Made by a program: the position numbers and the translations under genes
Part shown: one piece after another, positions 40,015 through 50,370 of the stretch
Layout of the letters: each line of letters starts with the position of its first letter
Position numbering within the stretch: the stretch's first letter is position 1
Assembly: GCA_019057385.1 (NCBI GenBank)
Contig: JAHQJS010000004.1
Location: 384,001 to 448,000 of the forward strand
DNA from: Candidatus Borrarchaeum weybense
GTDB lineage: Archaea > Asgardarchaeota > Sifarchaeia > Borrarchaeales > Borrarchaeaceae
Reading direction: 5' to 3'
Length of the DNA: 64,000 nt
Notes under the pieces: generated by a model
Told to the model about the DNA's origin: nothing
What the model saw: the letters and a program-made list of their open reading frames with translations, nothing else
Database searches by the model: none

Positions 40015-40311
40015 TATGATAAAGTGGATGTGTATGAAGGTGGAACTTGTCAATATTGCAAGGCAATCGTCAAAACCGCGCTACAATCTCTACACAAGAA
40101 AGGAGACATTTCGCTAGTCAAAGATATGCAAGTTATTGTTGGTAAAAACCCTTCCGAGCCATATTCGAAATCAAGTTTAGATTTTATTGTAGGCGATTGC
40201 GCATGTGAATCGACAGATTACGAGGGTATTGAAATTCCTGGTTGTCCACCCTTTGACGCTTTCGTAAAAATCAGAAAAGCAGTGCACAACAATGTTTCTG
40301 AGAAAACATAA
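40015..40311 (+). pseudogene. Displaced 3' end of the DUF362 gene (attR-like)
   Basis: YDKVDVYEGGTCQYCK...SEKT is homologous to the C-terminus of 10277-11596; no 5' part. Confidence 0.85.
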
Positions 40312-40428
40312 TTTTCTTAAGTATAGTTCTAAATTGTCACTCGATTCATAAGTCAAATTTTCAAATATTCATCCATCAATTACACAATCGATCTAGTAAA
40401 GTTCGATTAAAAGGAAAAGGGGAGTTAA

Positions 40429-41172
40429 GTGCCTATATTATGGATTATATTGTTCAGTCTTTTAGGTAGTATAGGCGCTATTATTACAGCAGCGAGCTTT
40501 CTTTTATTACAGAAAAAAATACACAAAGACTTTCTCTCTTCATTAATCTCTTATGCAACTGGAACTTTGCTTGCTGCCGCATTATTAGGATTGATTCCAC
40601 ATGCACTAACGTACATAAGTCCCCTTCCAGTCTTATTCGCAGTCTTAGTAGGGATAATTCTTTTTTTCTCTCTTGAGAAATTGGTTATTTGGCGTCACTG
40701 TCATGACATAGAATGTGAAGTGCACGGTGCTGCAGGACCTATGATCCTCATGGGGGACGCATTTCATAATCTTATAGACGGGACTATAATTGCAGCTGGA
40801 TTCTTGGTATCTATACCACTTGGTATTATTGTGGGGCTCTCAGTTATTGCGCATGAAATTCCCCAAGAAGTAGGCGATTTTGGAATACTTCTTCATGGCG
40901 GTTATTCAGAAAGAAAAGCGCTATTCTTAAACCTTCTCTCTAGTTTAAGTACCGTACCCGGAGCAATTATCGCTTATTTCGCTTTAGATATCATCCAAAC
41001 CGCTATTCCTTACGTTATGGCTATTTCGGCAGCAAGTTTTCTGTATATTGCCTTATCTGATTTAACACCTGAACTACATCGCAAAGTTGGTGTCGGATAT
41101 GCTCTACGACAATTTCTTTTAATGATTGCTGGAGTTGGAACAATTCTTCTGATCCTTCAACTTCATCCCTAG
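40429..41172 (+). CDS. ZIP family metal transporter
   Basis: GDAFHNLIDG, AHEIPQEVGDFG motifs; multiple TM helices. Confidence 0.92.
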   Translation: MPILWIILFSLLGSIGAIITAASFLLLQKKIHKDFLSSLISYATGTLLAAALLGLIPHALTYISPLPVLFAVLVGIILFFSLEKLVIWRHCHDIECEVHGAAGPMILMGDAFHNLIDGTIIAAGFLVSIPLGIIVGLSVIAHEIPQEVGDFGILLHGGYSERKALFLNLLSSLSTVPGAIIAYFALDIIQTAIPYVMAISAASFLYIALSDLTPELHRKVGVGYALRQFLLMIAGVGTILLILQLHP

Positions 41173-41385
41173 AATGATTATGTTCTTCAATATCACGACA
41201 GAAGTTCCTCAAGTATTTCAGGAAAATTCAGATTTTCTGCGCCATTATTCAGAGAACACTTTCTTGTGAATTAAACTGAACTTAAAAGGTCTAACGCCTT
41301 ATAGAGGTTCATAATAAAACGAAAAGTTAAATTCTATACCTTTAAAATAGCTTGTATACAAATAATGAAAAAAGAAGGAAGATGG

Positions 41386-41490
41386 TTATTTAATTTCGAC
41401 TTTCTTCGCTGGTTCTGGTTCCTTCTTTGGAAGGATCAGAGTCAGAATTCCTTTATCTAGCGAAGCCTCAATCTGGTACGATATAACCAT
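41386..41490 (-). pseudogene. Hsp20 C-terminal fragment
   Basis: Manual translation QIEASLDKGILTLILPKKEPEPAKKVEIK*. Confidence 0.7.
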
Positions 41491-41739
41491 GGTTTAGATT
41501 ACTTCTCGTTGAAATCGCCGAATTACCTGAAAAATTTCCTGATTTCATTTTCTTGGCTGTCCACGATGGCAAAATAATTGATTTTCTTCTAAGTGCAAGA
41601 TCAAGCGAAAAACAAATTTTGATATTCTTTTGCCTTCATTTGTCAAAACCAAAACTGTGAAATAAAGAATCTGCCCATAAAGCACCTCATTCATATAAGA
41701 CTTACATTAGTGATTACTAAGAATAAGGAGGAAAACTAA

Positions 41740-41898
41740 TTGGCAGAAAAGTGGCAGTGTTCAGTATGTGGCTATATTTATGACCCAGAAGTAGGTGATG
41801 AGCCATTTGTGGCACCTGGAACTCCATTTGAGGAAATCCCAGATGATTGGGTATGTCCAGTCTGTGGTGCGGACAAGGACATGTTCAAAAAAATGTAA
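41740..41898 (+). CDS. Rubredoxin (52 aa, below the ORF-track cut-off)
   Basis: AGGAGG RBS, TTG start; [12 protein letters not shown]...[18 protein letters not shown]. Confidence 0.95.
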   Translation: MAEKWQCSVCGYIYDPEVGDEPFVAPGTPFEEIPDDWVCPVCGADKDMFKKM

Positions 41899-42009
41899 AT
41901 GGGACTTTATCTAACTACAAAAATCAAAGCCTGACACGGTAAAGTTCCAATCTATTTTTTAAAGTTTACATCCCATAGATTTGTCAAACTACAAAGCGGA
42001 TGACAAGAC

Positions 42010-43107
42010 TTGAAAATACGAATAGATATTAGATTGCCACTATCATTGTTTAGAAAAGTCCCGTTTCTCTTTACTGCTTCCAATTACAAATCATTTTCAA
42101 TGGGCACTCCCTTTGATTTTCTTTCCTACCACGGGTCTAAGATTCCTGCCCTCTTACCCTGTACCCTATTTATCAAAGAAGAAAATACTCTAAACGATTT
42201 ATTATTCTCATTCGCATTCCCTTTTATCAACAATGACGAATGCTTAGTTATATATTTCAATCATCCAGTTTGGCTTGGAAATAATAGAGACCCCTCACTT
42301 ATTCATAATTTGTTTGATGAGATCACCAACTATTTTCAAGAGTTGGGTAAAGTAATACTGGTAATGGAAAGTCAGATTGAGCATATGACAACCACGTATG
42401 CAGTGGAAACAGATTCACCTCATAGTGCTTACCCAACTTCGCTCACACACTTTTCTTATGATGTCAGCAAATTATCCAACTTTACCCCTCCCTTGAAAGA
42501 ATCTCTTGATCAACTACAAGAAGCAGGGTTCAAGGAATACAGCAGATTGCTATGTTACGAATGTGAAATCGAAACGTTGTTAAGTAATTTACATATCTCG
42601 GATCAAAAACTGCCGTATGAAATACTAAAGGACCTAAAAGACAAAAATATAACCATATCACTAGAAGACATCACCCCTTCTGATATGGTTGTAAAAAATT
42701 ATTCATTTGCAAATCAATTCACCTTTATTTCTTCGCAATACACGTTTGAGCTTGGAGATCATGGTGTTATTGGTTTCCATAATAAACAATTTGTAGGGTT
42801 CTTTCAATGGACGCCAAATCTTTTTGAATTACCAAAAAATACGTTACCAATACCTTTCCTTTATCCAGATTTGATAAGGACACACCAGTTCACAACAGGT
42901 AAAATCTTTAGGTTTGGCATGAAGATCAAAGATAGTGATCTCTTTAAGGGCCTGTTTCATAAGACAGCACTTACAATGAGGGAAAAAGGTGTAAATACCT
43001 GCCAGATTGGATATATTGACGAACAAAATGAATTTCTCACCTCTCTTCTTGATCAAATTGGCTTTAGAGTAATCCATTCCCTACAAATTTTGAAGAAGGA
43101 AGTATAG
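42010..43107 (+). CDS. Hypothetical protein with C-terminal GNAT-like fold
   Basis: C-terminal MREKGVNTCQIGYIDEQN...LDQIGF pattern. Confidence 0.5.
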   Translation: MKIRIDIRLPLSLFRKVPFLFTASNYKSFSMGTPFDFLSYHGSKIPALLPCTLFIKEENTLNDLLFSFAFPFINNDECLVIYFNHPVWLGNNRDPSLIHNLFDEITNYFQELGKVILVMESQIEHMTTTYAVETDSPHSAYPTSLTHFSYDVSKLSNFTPPLKESLDQLQEAGFKEYSRLLCYECEIETLLSNLHISDQKLPYEILKDLKDKNITISLEDITPSDMVVKNYSFANQFTFISSQYTFELGDHGVIGFHNKQFVGFFQWTPNLFELPKNTLPIPFLYPDLIRTHQFTTGKIFRFGMKIKDSDLFKGLFHKTALTMREKGVNTCQIGYIDEQNEFLTSLLDQIGFRVIHSLQILKKEV

Positions 43108-44540
43108 TGAAGGACCTTGATTGTTTAATCGTACATCCCACGACTCGCGTCAAGACACGTTCCCCTACTAACGTACTGACTAACGTGATACTTCCAATGG
43201 GGAGTATTGCCATTGCCGATTACATTGATCGGAATGGATTTTCAACAGAAATCGTTCATACCGGATTGGAAGAAATGCTCAATCCTTCTTTCACGATAGA
43301 AGCGCTATTCAAAGAATATACACCTACAGTTCTTGGAATCGATCTTCACTGGTATCCTCATAGTTATGATGCATTGCGTATTGCTGAAATAGCAAAAAAT
43401 ACTTACGAAAATATCTTCATTGTGCTGGGTGGCTTCACTGCTTCTTGTTTTGCTGAAGAACTACTACAAAAATTTGAGTGTGTTGATGCAATTGTTAAAG
43501 GTGATGCAGAAATTCCAATGTTAGATCTTTTGAAAACTCTTCCCTCCCAAGATCTATCTAGCGTCCCTAATTTGTTTTATCGCGAAAATGATAGCATAAA
43601 ACAAAGTAAAAAGAATTACTGTCCTTCTCAAGAGCAGTTTGACTCGTTCAATTTTCATAGAATCTCATTGCTCAGAAACTGGTACAACTACCTACAACTT
43701 ACTCACGAAAATGACGACCTTCGCCAAAAACTGAAAAGACAGGGATGGTTATGTGTAGGGAGAGGGTGTGCAGTAAATTGCAGTTATTGCGGAGGTGGCC
43801 ATAACGCACAATGCCTCCTTACAGGACGTTCGACGCCCTTATACCGTTCACAAGAAAAAGTAATTGAAACTTTGAAAGTATTTGCAGAAATGAAAATCTC
43901 GTGTGCATACTGCGATTTTGACCCCTTTGGGCGAAAAACACGTGAATATTATTTTAAACTCTTTGAAATGATCCGAAAAGAGGGTATAGACGTTTCTACC
44001 CAATTTTTGGTGTGGGATGTCACGTCAAAAAAGTTTTTGGAAGAATTTAAAAGAACTTTCAATCCTTTATACACTACCCTTACATTGTCTCCAGAATCTG
44101 GTAGTGAAACGATTCGGAAATTGAATAAAGGATTTTATTATAGCGATTCAGAATTATTTTCGTGGTTAGATCTCACCAAAGAAAACTTTATTCCCATCGA
44201 ATTATATTTCACCACTGGATTGACTGGTGAAACTGTTACAGATTTCAGAGAAACTGTTCAGCTTGGAAAAAGGGTCGTTGAAGAATATCCAAATATTATT
44301 CATATCGCTTGTAATCCAATTTTTCTTGAGCCTGGCTCTCCGCGCTTTTTAGATCCTCAAAAATTTGGCATCACACTAAAATTTTCAAAATTCATTGATT
44401 TCTATTTAACCTACAAGAAATTCGCTTTAGGCGTTCCAGTCAGTTCCCGTCTGGGATATGAGACGGAACATATGTCAGAAACCGATATTATCCGGTTTGC
44501 CAACTATTTCAATGATCAAGTGTATGCTTTAACTCATTAA
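43107..44540 (+). CDS. B12-binding radical SAM protein
   Basis: IVLGGFTAS, KGDAE, GRGCAVNCSYC, SPESGSE. Confidence 0.9.
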   Translation: MKDLDCLIVHPTTRVKTRSPTNVLTNVILPMGSIAIADYIDRNGFSTEIVHTGLEEMLNPSFTIEALFKEYTPTVLGIDLHWYPHSYDALRIAEIAKNTYENIFIVLGGFTASCFAEELLQKFECVDAIVKGDAEIPMLDLLKTLPSQDLSSVPNLFYRENDSIKQSKKNYCPSQEQFDSFNFHRISLLRNWYNYLQLTHENDDLRQKLKRQGWLCVGRGCAVNCSYCGGGHNAQCLLTGRSTPLYRSQEKVIETLKVFAEMKISCAYCDFDPFGRKTREYYFKLFEMIRKEGIDVSTQFLVWDVTSKKFLEEFKRTFNPLYTTLTLSPESGSETIRKLNKGFYYSDSELFSWLDLTKENFIPIELYFTTGLTGETVTDFRETVQLGKRVVEEYPNIIHIACNPIFLEPGSPRFLDPQKFGITLKFSKFIDFYLTYKKFALGVPVSSRLGYETEHMSETDIIRFANYFNDQVYALTH

Positions 44541-44576
44541 GTTTAAAAATAGCCTGTTCTCTACTTGTAGGGCGTT

Positions 44577-44873
44577 TTATCCTCCACCACCAGGCGGAAA
44601 AATCGTAATAAGATCTCCTTCTTTTAGTTCTGTTTTTGCCCCTTTTAAGCCCTTAATATTCATACCATTTACAAACATCACCAGGCGGTCAGTGATTTGA
44701 TTTGTTTCAGCATCGATAAGTTTCTCTTTCAACTTTTCTCCATGTTCTTTGATAAGGGTATCAACTAGATCTTCTACATCGCAACGTTGAAGTGTGACTT
44801 GTCTGGATTTTTCGTTCACAACTTCTTGTAACTGACCATAGAATTTAACAGTTACGGCAACCATTTTCTTCAC
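44577..44873 (-). CDS. MoaD/SAMP ubiquitin-like protein
   Basis: VKFYG...VNG...LKEGD.I.IFPPGGGG with C-terminal GG. Confidence 0.9.
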   Translation of the reverse strand: MKKMVAVTVKFYGQLQEVVNEKSRQVTLQRCDVEDLVDTLIKEHGEKLKEKLIDAETNQITDRLVMFVNGMNIKGLKGAKTELKEGDLITIFPPGGGG

Positions 44874-44999
44874 ACTTTTTTATGAGTATTAGAATATCTT
44901 TAAGGTTTGTATTTTGGCAATCGTTTACGTTGCTCTTGCTACTCATATATAGGTATTTTTGTAAGTGTCATTTGAGCACAAAAAAATTAAAGACAGCTA

Positions 45000-45389
45000 C
45001 TAGCCGGACGTGTGCCACACATAATGTTTACTAAGATGATCATTAAATTTCTCGTTTAGGGCTTTTGCAGCTGGCGTATCTGGAAGTTCTTTATTGCCCT
45101 TGACCTCAAATGTTTCAATGGTGAGATCAGTAGTTTCTGATGTAGGCCAGAAGCCACCATGATGATTCATATCTCGCCATCCATGGATTGTCATTCGAAT
45201 TATTAGTTGTCCTGAAGAATCCGCTCTTTTACCTTCTATAATGCCATCAAAGTCGTCTCCTTCATGTTTAAGTATTTCTTTTTTCGTGAGCGTTATTCCT
45301 ATACGTTCGGCACAGATGGCACAGTTGTTAAATATCTGAAGCGGCACATTTACGGTTCTAAATCTTCTTTCGTTTTTCATAAGCGACAC
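45000..45389 (-). CDS. Hypothetical protein (paralog of 47979-48377)
   Basis: Shares GWRDM.HH.GFWPT..TTDLTIETFEV and YVWHT.G with its paralog. Confidence 0.75.
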   Translation of the reverse strand: MSLMKNERRFRTVNVPLQIFNNCAICAERIGITLTKKEILKHEGDDFDGIIEGKRADSSGQLIIRMTIHGWRDMNHHGGFWPTSETTDLTIETFEVKGNKELPDTPAAKALNEKFNDHLSKHYVWHTSG

Positions 45390-45507
45390 CTTTCATCTTT
45401 TACACTCAAGAATACTCTTTAAATAATTTCACTTCTCTGCATGTGTGACATCATGTGAAAACTAGTTTAAGAAAAAAAAGAAACAAAAAAAGGGAATGAA
45501 ATTTGTT

Positions 45508-47373
45508 TTATAGGCCATATTTCGACTTTATACTGGCGGGTACGCTACCGTCATCGTTCCAGCCGCGGGTCTTGTAGTACATCGGCTTTAGTTTAGCTAA
45601 TGGAACCGTGTTTCCTTTCGATGGTCCCTCTGGAATAGGCTCTTCGAGAATCCTTGTTGGTAAGCTATCATTGTCCGCCGTAAATCCTTCGCGGTAGTTG
45701 AACATCCTTTCGAGGTTCCAGATGCGTGCGCCAATAGAGTCAAATTCTTCAGCTGTTATATCCCAACCGGTTATTGGGGCTAGAATATTTGCGAATTCTT
45801 GGGAACCCATTGAGAATGTAACGAACTGGCAGACAAGTGAGCTGTCCATTGCCGCTACGAAGTCCTGAAACGCGATCAGCATGTCAATTGATTTTTGACC
45901 TGGGTCGAATCGAGGCAATTGTTCAGGTGCGCCCAAGATTTCTGGATTGATCATGTATGCTCTTAAGTGGCAAGCACCTCTGTTGGAGGTAGCATAACCT
46001 AATGCATGTGCTTTGGCACCACGACCGTCATACGCGGGCATGCTTTGTCCTTTGACTGTCATCGCGAATTTATCAGCACCTTTACCCCATTTCTTTGCAG
46101 ACATCTCTTCACCATCGCCCAGAATTGCACCGATTCCTTCGACCTTACCTATCATTTCAGCAACCTGTACTATTGCTTCTGTATTGCCAAATGTGAGGTC
46201 AATTCCACCAGTGTCTTCTTTGGTGATGATTCCTTTTTCATAGCATTCCATAGCGAAGGCACAAGCTGTACCCGCTTGGATTGCGTCTAAACCGTATTTA
46301 TTGCAAATGTGATGCGCTGTTAAGACGTAATCAATGTCGTCTACTCCACAGTCTGCTCCCCAACTCCAGGTTGTTTCGTATTCAGGCCCTTCACATACAG
46401 TTCCGGCGTATGGTCCTTTTTCGATCTTACTCCATCGACCACACATGATTCTGCAGCCCTTACAACCGACATTCTTGATCAATCTGTTTTCCTTGATGTA
46501 TTCACCAGAAGTGACTTCAGCACCTGGAAATACATCCATTTGGAAGTTATGTGTTGGATAAATCCCTGCACCGTTGACGATGTTAACCAGCAGCGCTGTA
46601 CCAAGTGTGTAGAGTCCACCTCCGATCTTTGTGACGTCTCCAGCCTGCATTACCTCGTCTTCGTTCTTCTTAACAGCTGCCTTGAATGCAGCTTCATCAG
46701 CCATTGGAATCCTCTGTTTTCCTCGTGCCACTAAAGCTTTTAGGTTCTTTGAACCCATAACAGCTCCGTGTCCACCTCTTCCAGCGGCACGGTAGAATCT
46801 GTTCATAATAGCCGCAATGCGTTTCATATTTTCTCCGGGTGGTCCGATGCTTGCCACACCAATTGGGTTGCGCACTAATTTTTCGATGTCCTTTCCTACT
46901 GAAGATGGATCTAAATCTGCAAGGATTGCTGTTTCCGTCGCATGAACATCCATACCCCAGTACTTTGAAGCATCTTTCAGTTCAATTTTTCCGTCTTCGC
47001 ACAAAATCATTGTTGGTTTAGCGGCTTTTCCTGTAATTACTAAATAATCGAATCCTGCAGCTTTGAGTGCGTGAGCGTAGTCTCCTCCAGAGTGCGAGTC
47101 AGAAACTGTACCAGTGAGGGGACTCTTAGTAACAGTACAGAATCGCCCAGAACTTGGCGCGCCTGTACCAGTTAGCGGACCTGTTAGAACGATGAGGATG
47201 TTGTCTGGTGAAAGTGGGTCAGTTCCTGGCTTCAATCGGTCATAAAGAATTTTAACACCGAGTCCTCTACCACCAAGCCATTTCCTGGCCATAGCCATGT
47301 CGACATCTTTGATTTCAATGCTTCCAGTAGTCAGATTAATATCTGCCCATTTGCCCATATATCCATTTGCCAT
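45508..47373 (-). CDS. aor: Tungsten aldehyde:ferredoxin oxidoreductase
   Basis: GGRGLG, KSPLTG, GRGGHGAVMGSKNLKA, CKGCRIMC, EGPEYET, RGACH. Confidence 0.95.
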   Translation of the reverse strand: MANGYMGKWADINLTTGSIEIKDVDMAMARKWLGGRGLGVKILYDRLKPGTDPLSPDNILIVLTGPLTGTGAPSSGRFCTVTKSPLTGTVSDSHSGGDYAHALKAAGFDYLVITGKAAKPTMILCEDGKIELKDASKYWGMDVHATETAILADLDPSSVGKDIEKLVRNPIGVASIGPPGENMKRIAAIMNRFYRAAGRGGHGAVMGSKNLKALVARGKQRIPMADEAAFKAAVKKNEDEVMQAGDVTKIGGGLYTLGTALLVNIVNGAGIYPTHNFQMDVFPGAEVTSGEYIKENRLIKNVGCKGCRIMCGRWSKIEKGPYAGTVCEGPEYETTWSWGADCGVDDIDYVLTAHHICNKYGLDAIQAGTACAFAMECYEKGIITKEDTGGIDLTFGNTEAIVQVAEMIGKVEGIGAILGDGEEMSAKKWGKGADKFAMTVKGQSMPAYDGRGAKAHALGYATSNRGACHLRAYMINPEILGAPEQLPRFDPGQKSIDMLIAFQDFVAAMDSSLVCQFVTFSMGSQEFANILAPITGWDITAEEFDSIGARIWNLERMFNYREGFTADNDSLPTRILEEPIPEGPSKGNTVPLAKLKPMYYKTRGWNDDGSVPASIKSKYGL

Positions 47374-47978
47374 TTTTCATATTTCCTCCTAACTCAAAAC
47401 GTTTTGAGATACAAATTTTGTATCTAAAAAGGAGTGTGGACTACTTTATAATGAAAGGTTATATAAAAACCTTAACTTTAAGGAGCGCAGGGATATGAAT
47501 CATTATACATATCGATGAAAATGAACTTAGTAACGAGTAGATTCATTAATCATCAAATTAATTAAATATCAGAGATAGAGCATCATCAAAAATCGTGTTG
47601 GCTTGAAGTACATTAAGCTATGTAAAGTATACAAATATACTATAAATCCTTAAAATTAAATTGCAAATAAGCACTTTTCAGGTGTTTTACGGGGATAAAA
47701 CAGTTTTAAAATCAAATATACGAATATACTCTGATTTCGAAGATTTTAATTGGTAATGGATGTTTTTCCTCTTTTTTAGGTAGAGTATACTAAATTTAAA
47801 TAACTGTTTAAATAAATGCGTGTCTTTTAAACGTATCAAATTCAAAAACTGGTGGTCTTCTTAATGGAAAGGTATCGTCTTCGTTGTAATGGAGTAATGA
47901 ATTCACTTCCAAGTTGCTTTAATACTTTTGTATAAAGATTTTTCTGGGTTGCCATTCGATAATAAAGGTACAAGATGG

Positions 47979-48377
47979 TTAGCCAGCAGTATGCCAAACA
48001 TAAAGATTGATACGATTATTAAATTCATCATGTAAGGCTTTCGCATTTAGAGTGTCAGGGAGTTCTTTATCGTTCTTAGAGACTTCAAATGTTTCGATCG
48101 TGAGATCAGTAGTTATTGCTGTTGGCCAGAACCCCATATGATGATCCATATCACGCCATCCATAGATTTTAAGTCGGATGATTACCTCTCCTGCAGGACT
48201 TGTCCGAATACCTTCTATGATACCCTCAAAGTCGATATCTTCTTCTTTCAGTACTTCTTTTTTTATAAGAGTTATCCCCATGCTTTCAAGGCATACTGCT
48301 GAATTTGAAAATACCACGCCTGGAAAATTTGTCCCTCTAAAGCGTCGTTGGCTCAACATAAGGTAATGCCACCTCAT
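47979..48377 (-). CDS. Hypothetical protein (paralog of 45000-45389)
   Basis: Same conserved motifs as its paralog; downstream of the second AOR. Confidence 0.75.
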   Translation of the reverse strand: MRWHYLMLSQRRFRGTNFPGVVFSNSAVCLESMGITLIKKEVLKEEDIDFEGIIEGIRTSPAGEVIIRLKIYGWRDMDHHMGFWPTAITTDLTIETFEVSKNDKELPDTLNAKALHDEFNNRINLYVWHTAG

Positions 48378-48501
48378 TCATTCTAATAAGTAAGTAGTCG
48401 ATACGAGTCATTTAAACTTCTTCAAACCCTTTTTTGTTTTTTAATCTAAGAATTGTTAAGAAAAACAGGTAAAAAAAAAGAGGAAAGGAACTTTTTCGTA
48501 T

Positions 48502-50370
48502 TTATGCGATGCCGTATCTTTTCTGTGTTTCTTCAGTCGGCTTGCCTTCATTATCATATCCACGAGTCTCGTAGTACATCGGCAACATTTTATCGATTGG
48601 CACGGTATTTCCTTTTGATGGTCCTTCAGGCATAGGATCCTCAAGCATTCTGGTTGCTAAGGTGTCGTCCTTTCTGCCAAATCCTTCTCGTGCATTAAAC
48701 ATTCGTTCAAGATTCCAAATGCGTGCGCCCACCTCATCGACCATATCGGCAGTCCAATCCCAGCCAGTGGCTGGTTTTAGTAAGTTTGCAAACTCCTGAT
48801 TACCCATAGCGAAGGAAACAAACAGACAAATCAGACTGGAGTCTAGAAGTGCGGTGAAGTTCTGGAAGGCAATTAACATATCGATCGTCTTTTGGCCTGG
48901 GTCGAACCGCGGCAATTGCTCAGGTGCACCTAAGATTTCTGGATTGATCATGTATGCACGTATGTGGCATGCGCCTCTATTAGATGTGGCATATGCAAGT
49001 CCGTGTCCTTTTGACCCTCTTGGGTCATAAGCTGGCATGCTTTGTCCTTTTGTCACCATCGCGTACTTTTCAGCACCTTTACCCCATTTCTGTGCAGCAA
49101 CTATTTCACCATCTGCAAGGATTTTACCGATTCCTTCCACTTTACCTATTTGTTCGGCGACTTTTATCATAGCCTCAGCATTTCCGAATTTGAGTTCGAT
49201 ACCACCCGTGTCCTCTGTTGTGATAATGCCTTTCTCAAAGCACTCCATAGCGAATGCCGTCGTCGTACCCGCTTGAATCGCATCGAGCCCGTATAAATTA
49301 CACAAGTGATGTGCTGTCATACAATAGTCAATATCGTCTACGCCACAGTCAGCGCCCCACGCCCACATGTTCTCGTATTCCGGCCCTTCCATTTCAGTTC
49401 CAGCAAAAGGTCCTTTTTCGATTTTAGACCATCGTCCACACATAATTCTACAGCCTTTGCAACCAACAGGCTTGATTAATCGATTTTCCTTAAGATATTC
49501 ACCGGAAGTAACCTCAGCCCCTTCAAATACACCTGTCTGGAAGTTATGTGTTGGATAAATCCCAGCACCATTTATAATATTAACAAGCAGGGCCGTACCA
49601 AGCGTATTAAGTCCTCCTCCTGGCTTCGTTACATCGCTTACTTTCATTGCTTCATCTTCATTCTTTTTGACAGCTGCCCTGTATGCCTCCTCGTCATATA
49701 AGGAGACTTTTTGTTTTCCTCTTGCCACTATAGCCTTTAGGTTCTTTGAACCCATAACAGCCCCATGTCCACCTCTTCCAACGGCACGATAGAATCGGTT
49801 CATTATAGCCGCTAATCTCTTCATATTTTCTCCAGGTGGTCCAATACTTGCCACACCAATTGAATTGCGTACTAATTGTTCCATGTCCTTTCCTGCTGAA
49901 GATGGATCTAATTCTTCAAGAATCATTTTTTCTGTTTCGAAAACATCTTTGCCCCAAAGGGCTGATGCATCTTTAAACTCCACTTTTCCATCATCTAAGA
50001 AGATCCAAGTCGGTTTATCAGCTTTGCCAGTGATGACGAGCCAATCAAACCCCGCAGCTTTAATTGCGTGACCGAAATCTCCACCGCAGTGCGAATCGTG
50101 TACTGTGTTTGTTAGTGGACTTTTTGTGACACTACAGAATCGTCCAGAACTCGGAGCACCTGTACCTGTTATTGGACCCGTTGCAATAACGATGATGTTG
50201 TCTGGTGAGAATGGGTCTGTTCCTGGCTTCAATCGGTCATAAAGAATTTTAACACCGACACCTCGTCCTCCGACCCAGGTTTTGGTAAAACTCATGTCAA
50301 CATCTTTAATTTCAGCACTCTTCTTGTTTAGGTCGATATCGACCCATTTACCCATGTATCCATTTGCCAT
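48502..50370 (-). CDS. aor: Tungsten aldehyde:ferredoxin oxidoreductase, paralog
   Basis: Same motifs; closely similar to 45508-47373. Confidence 0.95.
   Translation of the reverse strand: MANGYMGKWVDIDLNKKSAEIKDVDMSFTKTWVGGRGVGVKILYDRLKPGTDPFSPDNIIVIATGPITGTGAPSSGRFCSVTKSPLTNTVHDSHCGGDFGHAIKAAGFDWLVITGKADKPTWIFLDDGKVEFKDASALWGKDVFETEKMILEELDPSSAGKDMEQLVRNSIGVASIGPPGENMKRLAAIMNRFYRAVGRGGHGAVMGSKNLKAIVARGKQKVSLYDEEAYRAAVKKNEDEAMKVSDVTKPGGGLNTLGTALLVNIINGAGIYPTHNFQTGVFEGAEVTSGEYLKENRLIKPVGCKGCRIMCGRWSKIEKGPFAGTEMEGPEYENMWAWGADCGVDDIDYCMTAHHLCNLYGLDAIQAGTTTAFAMECFEKGIITTEDTGGIELKFGNAEAMIKVAEQIGKVEGIGKILADGEIVAAQKWGKGAEKYAMVTKGQSMPAYDPRGSKGHGLAYATSNRGACHIRAYMINPEILGAPEQLPRFDPGQKTIDMLIAFQNFTALLDSSLICLFVSFAMGNQEFANLLKPATGWDWTADMVDEVGARIWNLERMFNAREGFGRKDDTLATRMLEDPMPEGPSKGNTVPIDKMLPMYYETRGYDNEGKPTEETQKRYGIA

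Noticed and set aside
33000-40100. Canonical CRISPR array near cas1/cas7
   Set aside because: No run of 24-47 bp repeats with regular unique spacers was found by eye; only two long scaffold copies and irregular 14-bp motifs.
40024-40311. Independent 95-aa gene
   Set aside because: It is the headless duplicate of the DUF362 C-terminus, and homology extends upstream of the GTG.
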